From: Candidatus Woesebacteria bacterium
GTDB taxonomy: Bacteria > Patescibacteriota > Microgenomatia > UBA1400 > UBA1396
Length of the DNA stretch: 64,000 nucleotides
NCBI GenBank assembly: GCA_021208605.1
Contig: JAJOJK010000018.1
Coordinates: forward strand, 4,780 to 68,779
Direction: 5' to 3'
Shown: piece by piece, positions 60,792-64,000 of the stretch
Layout: each line of letters starts with the position of its first letter
How positions within the stretch are numbered: position 1 is the stretch's first letter
Notes under the pieces: generated by a model
What the model saw: the letters and a program-made list of their open reading frames with translations, nothing else
The model's database searches: none
Told to the model about the DNA's origin: nothing
Program-made: the position numbers and the translations under genes

Positions 60792-60873
60792 CTCCTACTT
60801 TTGTACTTGGTCCAGACAACAACGTCCCTATAAGAGAGGGTCCGACCCTCCGAAACAGTGCTATACTCACCCT

Positions 60874-61683
60874 ATGCCAAAATCCGTCACGCTCATAAAA
60901 CTCGGTGGCTCCACCATTACGGATAAATCAATTCCGAACGCTGTTCGCCACGAAACGCTCAGAAGGCTGCTCTCCGAAATCCAAAGAGCCTACCAGGAAA
61001 ATCCTGGCTATTTGGTCATTGGCCATGGTTCAGGCAGCTTCGCGCATGTTCCTGCCACACGCTACCGCACAGCGGAAGGCTTTGTTGGTCCGCAGTCGCG
61101 CCTGGGTATGGCGATCACGCAAGACTCGGCGGCGCAGCTCAACCGTATCGTCGTAAAAGAAATGCTCAAACTGGATCTTCCAGCGGTCTCGTTGTATGCC
61201 TCAAACTCACTGGTAACAAAGAAAGGTCAGGCCGAAAGTTACTTTGTTGATGTCTTCAAAGAGTACTTGCGAAACGACCTTATCCCGGTTATCTCTGGTG
61301 ATGTCATCGTGGACTCGGAACAAGGCTGTTGTATCTGGTCAGCTGACACGATTTTGCCATTTTTTGCGCTCGAGTTTAAAAAGCACAACTGGCACGTCAA
61401 TAAACTCATTCACGTCACCCGTACTCCTGGTGTGTATCGCGACATTAACAACCCTGATGCCGGTATTTTTGAGCATATTACTCCTGATAACGCCACCGAA
61501 GTCCAAGCAGCTATGGGCGAAGTAAAAGGGTTCGACGTTACCGGCGGCATGTGGACGAAAATTTCCGAAAGCCTCGAATTGGCAAAAGCTGGCGTAGACT
61601 CGGTTATTTTGTCAGGCGAAAAACCTGGTGCCCTCTATGACGCGCTCACTGGAAAAGCGGAAGGCACCACGATTTCCGCCTAG
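60874..61683 (+). CDS. isopentenyl phosphate kinase (amino-acid-kinase family)
   Basis: 269 aa; LIKLGGSTITDK, VIGHGSGSFAH, VISGDVIVD motifs typical of IPK from alternative/archaeal-type mevalonate pathways. Confidence 0.75.
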   Translation: MPKSVTLIKLGGSTITDKSIPNAVRHETLRRLLSEIQRAYQENPGYLVIGHGSGSFAHVPATRYRTAEGFVGPQSRLGMAITQDSAAQLNRIVVKEMLKLDLPAVSLYASNSLVTKKGQAESYFVDVFKEYLRNDLIPVISGDVIVDSEQGCCIWSADTILPFFALEFKKHNWHVNKLIHVTRTPGVYRDINNPDAGIFEHITPDNATEVQAAMGEVKGFDVTGGMWTKISESLELAKAGVDSVILSGEKPGALYDALTGKAEGTTISA

Positions 61684-61702
61684 GATCTGGTATTCTTAAA
61701 TC

Positions 61703-62308
61703 ATGAGCCGCCGGCAACAAGAAAAACAAGCAATAAGTCTTGACGAGATCTTAGACATATCAACTCAAGCAGAACAGGATTCTTCACTTGTCACAGCCGA
61801 AGGTGAACTAACGCTCGACACACTCACACAAGACACAGAAATTATTCTGGATGATCTCTCCGATCCAAAAGTTGTGCAGCAGCTCCTACGAGACAATCGC
61901 CTGCTCTCCATTTTGCAAATGGTCGTTGGCACTGGAAAAGAAAGAGAAATTCTCGACCAAGTAATAGTGGCTCCTACTTCCCTCCAGGCGTTTGATCAGA
62001 TTCAAAGACCAGTACGTGATATTGACCCCACAGTAGTAACCTTATCTGATGGAGATTGGGACATCAAACCGCAAGAGTTTTTTGTAGAGGAAAGTATCGG
62101 CAAAAAATTACTCAGACTCAGAAAAAGGCACACATTTTTTCAACGTGTAAAAACACTCATTACTCCCCAAAACTGGCTAAAAATAAAAAACGGTAACGTT
62201 ACTTCACCAAGTGCGCGCCAGCAGCTGGCTTGCCCAAGATTGTCTTTTCTACTCCTTTTAGGGCCTGTAAACGTTGGGTTACGGCAGTTTCATCCTCACC
62301 ACGCGTGA
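61703..62308 (+). CDS. hypothetical acidic protein (201 aa; 3' end overlaps the convergent MVD gene)
   Basis: ORF only; no motif recognised. The last ~35 codons overlap 62199..63173 on the opposite strand, so the true end is doubtful. Confidence 0.35.
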   Translation: MSRRQQEKQAISLDEILDISTQAEQDSSLVTAEGELTLDTLTQDTEIILDDLSDPKVVQQLLRDNRLLSILQMVVGTGKEREILDQVIVAPTSLQAFDQIQRPVRDIDPTVVTLSDGDWDIKPQEFFVEESIGKKLLRLRKRHTFFQRVKTLITPQNWLKIKNGNVTSPSARQQLACPRLSFLLLLGPVNVGLRQFHPHHA

Positions 62309-63173
62309 TCACATGCACATTTGCCCCAGCATCCATGGTCGAGTAAGCTAGTAGGCCTTCCTGGCGCCACTCCCGCAACGCCTGCAAAACACGCACCGTA
62401 GCTGGCGACCAATACAGTACCGACGGTCGAGACGTCATCATAATGGCATGCAAGTTGAGTGACTCTTCCTCAATAAGTTCGCCAAAACGTGGGAAATCTT
62501 TCTCGGCAAGCGCTCGTTTAACACTTTCCACTTTCTCTTTCATGCTGGCCAATCGAGCTGGATACAACAGGCTCGTATCAGCCAAAGAATGACCCAAAGT
62601 AGAACTCACTTTCTTCTGATCGGCGTCGACAACCGTAATGATATCAACTATGTCCCAATACTCTGGAGCATACAAACTCTCGGCAAATGACGTCTCGTGA
62701 CTGCTGCCGGCATGCCACTCGACAAATCCATCTGGAATTGAGCGAGTCGCCGAGCCAGAACCCAAACGGGCCACTGTGGACAACTCCTGTTCCGTCAGAC
62801 TCAGACCAGCAGCTGAGGCAGCGGCTACGGCCAAAGCCGCAAATCCGGAGGCCGAAGAAGCAATTCCTGCCGCAGTGGGAAACGAGTTGTGTGTTGTGAC
62901 GCGCGCACGCTGTTTGTTGCCAGAGATCTTGCGAATATGGTCCAAAACTTTGGAGACACGCTCCGCTCCTGTACCGTCAACTTTGCTCCCGCCTAAAAAC
63001 ACTTCATCGGCATCGAGCGATGACACAAACTCCACCGTTGTAGTGGTCTTAGCACCAGAGAGATTCATCGAAATCGTGTTGTGATGCGGCAAACGCAAAT
63101 TGGCATCGGCGTTTCCCCAATACTTAATAAAGGCAATATTAGCGGGTGCTTCGGCGGTGGCTTTCATCTTCAC
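62199..63173 (-). CDS. mvaD: GHMP-kinase-family mevalonate (di)phosphate decarboxylase
   Basis: 324 aa; NIAFIKYWGNAD signature and GHMP ATP-binding loop PTAAGIASSASGFAALAVA. Confidence 0.8.
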   Translation of the reverse strand: MKMKATAEAPANIAFIKYWGNADANLRLPHHNTISMNLSGAKTTTTVEFVSSLDADEVFLGGSKVDGTGAERVSKVLDHIRKISGNKQRARVTTHNSFPTAAGIASSASGFAALAVAAASAAGLSLTEQELSTVARLGSGSATRSIPDGFVEWHAGSSHETSFAESLYAPEYWDIVDIITVVDADQKKVSSTLGHSLADTSLLYPARLASMKEKVESVKRALAEKDFPRFGELIEEESLNLHAIMMTSRPSVLYWSPATVRVLQALREWRQEGLLAYSTMDAGANVHVITRGEDETAVTQRLQALKGVEKTILGKPAAGAHLVK

Positions 63174-63519
63174 TTTCTAGTGTGTCTACAGACTCTACTG
63201 GCGCTACAGGTTCTTCTGGAGAAAGGCGCTGTACCTTAATACCGTAGGGAATAATGCCGGTGGCATCTGGCGTTCCCATGCGGCGCCACACACATTCTAC
63301 AATTTCTCCGACCAAGAATGAAGTATGACCCGTGCCCAAAAAAGAACGTTTTTCGGAACCAAAATCGACCAGCACATATGGATACGGCGCTCCATATGCC
63401 AATTCAGGCGGAGCCACGTGAATGAGCGTGCTGGCCACAACGGTCCCTTTTCGACCCAGCCACCGCGACCACTCTCGACGATCACGCCAGTATCGTGGGG
63501 CAGAAAGTGCGTGATTCAT
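63139..63519 (-). CDS. DUF35 OB-fold/zinc-ribbon protein (thiolase/HMG-CoA synthase partner, archaeal type)
   Basis: 126 aa; SAPRYWRDRREWSRWLGRKGTVVASTLIHV...YPYVLVDFGSEKRSFLGTG... OB-fold pattern; 4-nt overlap with the thiolase gene. Confidence 0.6.
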   Translation of the reverse strand: MNHALSAPRYWRDRREWSRWLGRKGTVVASTLIHVAPPELAYGAPYPYVLVDFGSEKRSFLGTGHTSFLVGEIVECVWRRMGTPDATGIIPYGIKVQRLSPEEPVAPVESVDTLESEDESHRRSTR

Positions 63520-64000
63520 GATTCCTCTCCCGCTTCTAGAATGTGCACCACAGCCGTTGCTCCACTGCCACCCACATTGTGCGCCAGCGCTCGTTCGTAC
63601 TGACCTTCGCGCAACAGTTGAGCCAAGTATGCCACTTGTTTCACACCAGTGGCACCTACCGGATGGCCACAGGCTTTGAGCCCACCTGACGGGTTGACCA
63701 CTACTTTTCCGCCATACGTTGTTTCCCTAGCGAGTGTTGCTGATCCGGCTTCGCCGGGAGCAAAAACGCCCAAATCTTCTAGAGCAAGCAACTCGGCAAT
63801 GGTAAAACAGTCGTGCACTTCCATAACGGGAAAATCTTGTACTTGTTTTCCAGACAGAGAATAGGCTTGCTGGGCGGCACGCTGTGTAGCGACAAAACTG
63901 GTCAAACTCGATCGTTTGGCCAGTGACAGTGAGTCATTCCCCTGGCCAAAACCGGTAATTCTCGGATTGTCATTAGCAACACGCTCCGAACTCAAAACTA
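63516..64000 (-). CDS. thiolase (acetyl-CoA acetyltransferase-like), C-terminal part; N-terminus lies beyond window end
   Basis: NPSGGLKACGHPVGATGVKQ thiolase C-terminal signature. The track's Met at 63995 is an artefact of the window edge. Confidence 0.7.
   Translation of the reverse strand, partial: VLSSERVANDNPRITGFGQGNDSLSLAKRSSLTSFVATQRAAQQAYSLSGKQVQDFPVMEVHDCFTIAELLALEDLGVFAPGEAGSATLARETTYGGKVVVNPSGGLKACGHPVGATGVKQVAYLAQLLREGQYERALAHNVGGSGATAVVHILEAGEES

Overview
About 70% of this window is one minus-strand superoperon of translation and transcription genes, probably from a reduced-genome CPR/Patescibacteria-like bacterium (my inference). Reading from high to low coordinates it runs thiolase–DUF35–MVD, then rpoB–rpoC–pyrH, rpsL–rpsG–fusA–tuf, the S10/spc/alpha ribosomal block (rpsJ…rplQ, rplM, rpsI), and dnaX–ybaB–recR. 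The lineage guess rests on the absence of L30 between rpsE and rplO, long Lys/Ala/Glu tails on several r-proteins, a short adk, mevalonate-pathway genes and a conjugation-like T4SS. The right-hand third holds groESL, tRNA-Cys, HAD hydrolase/ddl/ldh, cmk, a class-A PBP, a GH18 hydrolase, rpsT and murJ. It then holds a type-IV-secretion-like locus (six tandem VirB2/TrbC-like pilin paralogs, a giant coiled-coil/TM/M23-peptidase protein, a PrgI/VirB3-like protein, and a VirB4 ATPase with a Gln/Met/Pro-rich tail) and a mevalonate cluster (IDI-like NUDIX, isopentenyl-phosphate kinase, MVD-family decarboxylase, DUF35 plus a thiolase). The most unusual things I see are: (1) a ~60-nt structured RNA element repeated four times in the 5' leaders of rpsE, rpsC, rpsJ and fusA, with compensatory base changes in two helices; (2) an IS200/IS605-type mini-element (HUH Y1 transposase flanked by hairpin-bearing direct repeats) between rpsJ and the tuf terminator; (3) five genes (rpoB, rpoC, ldh, the giant T4SS protein, an HExxH peptidase) each split by an apparent single-base deletion; (4) the T4SS-like pilin locus itself. 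Coordinates I derived by hand (tRNA, hairpins, frameshift sites, element ends) should be read as ±2 nt. CDS coordinates come from the ORF track, which evidently accepts GTG/TTG starts, so several N-termini are over-extended.
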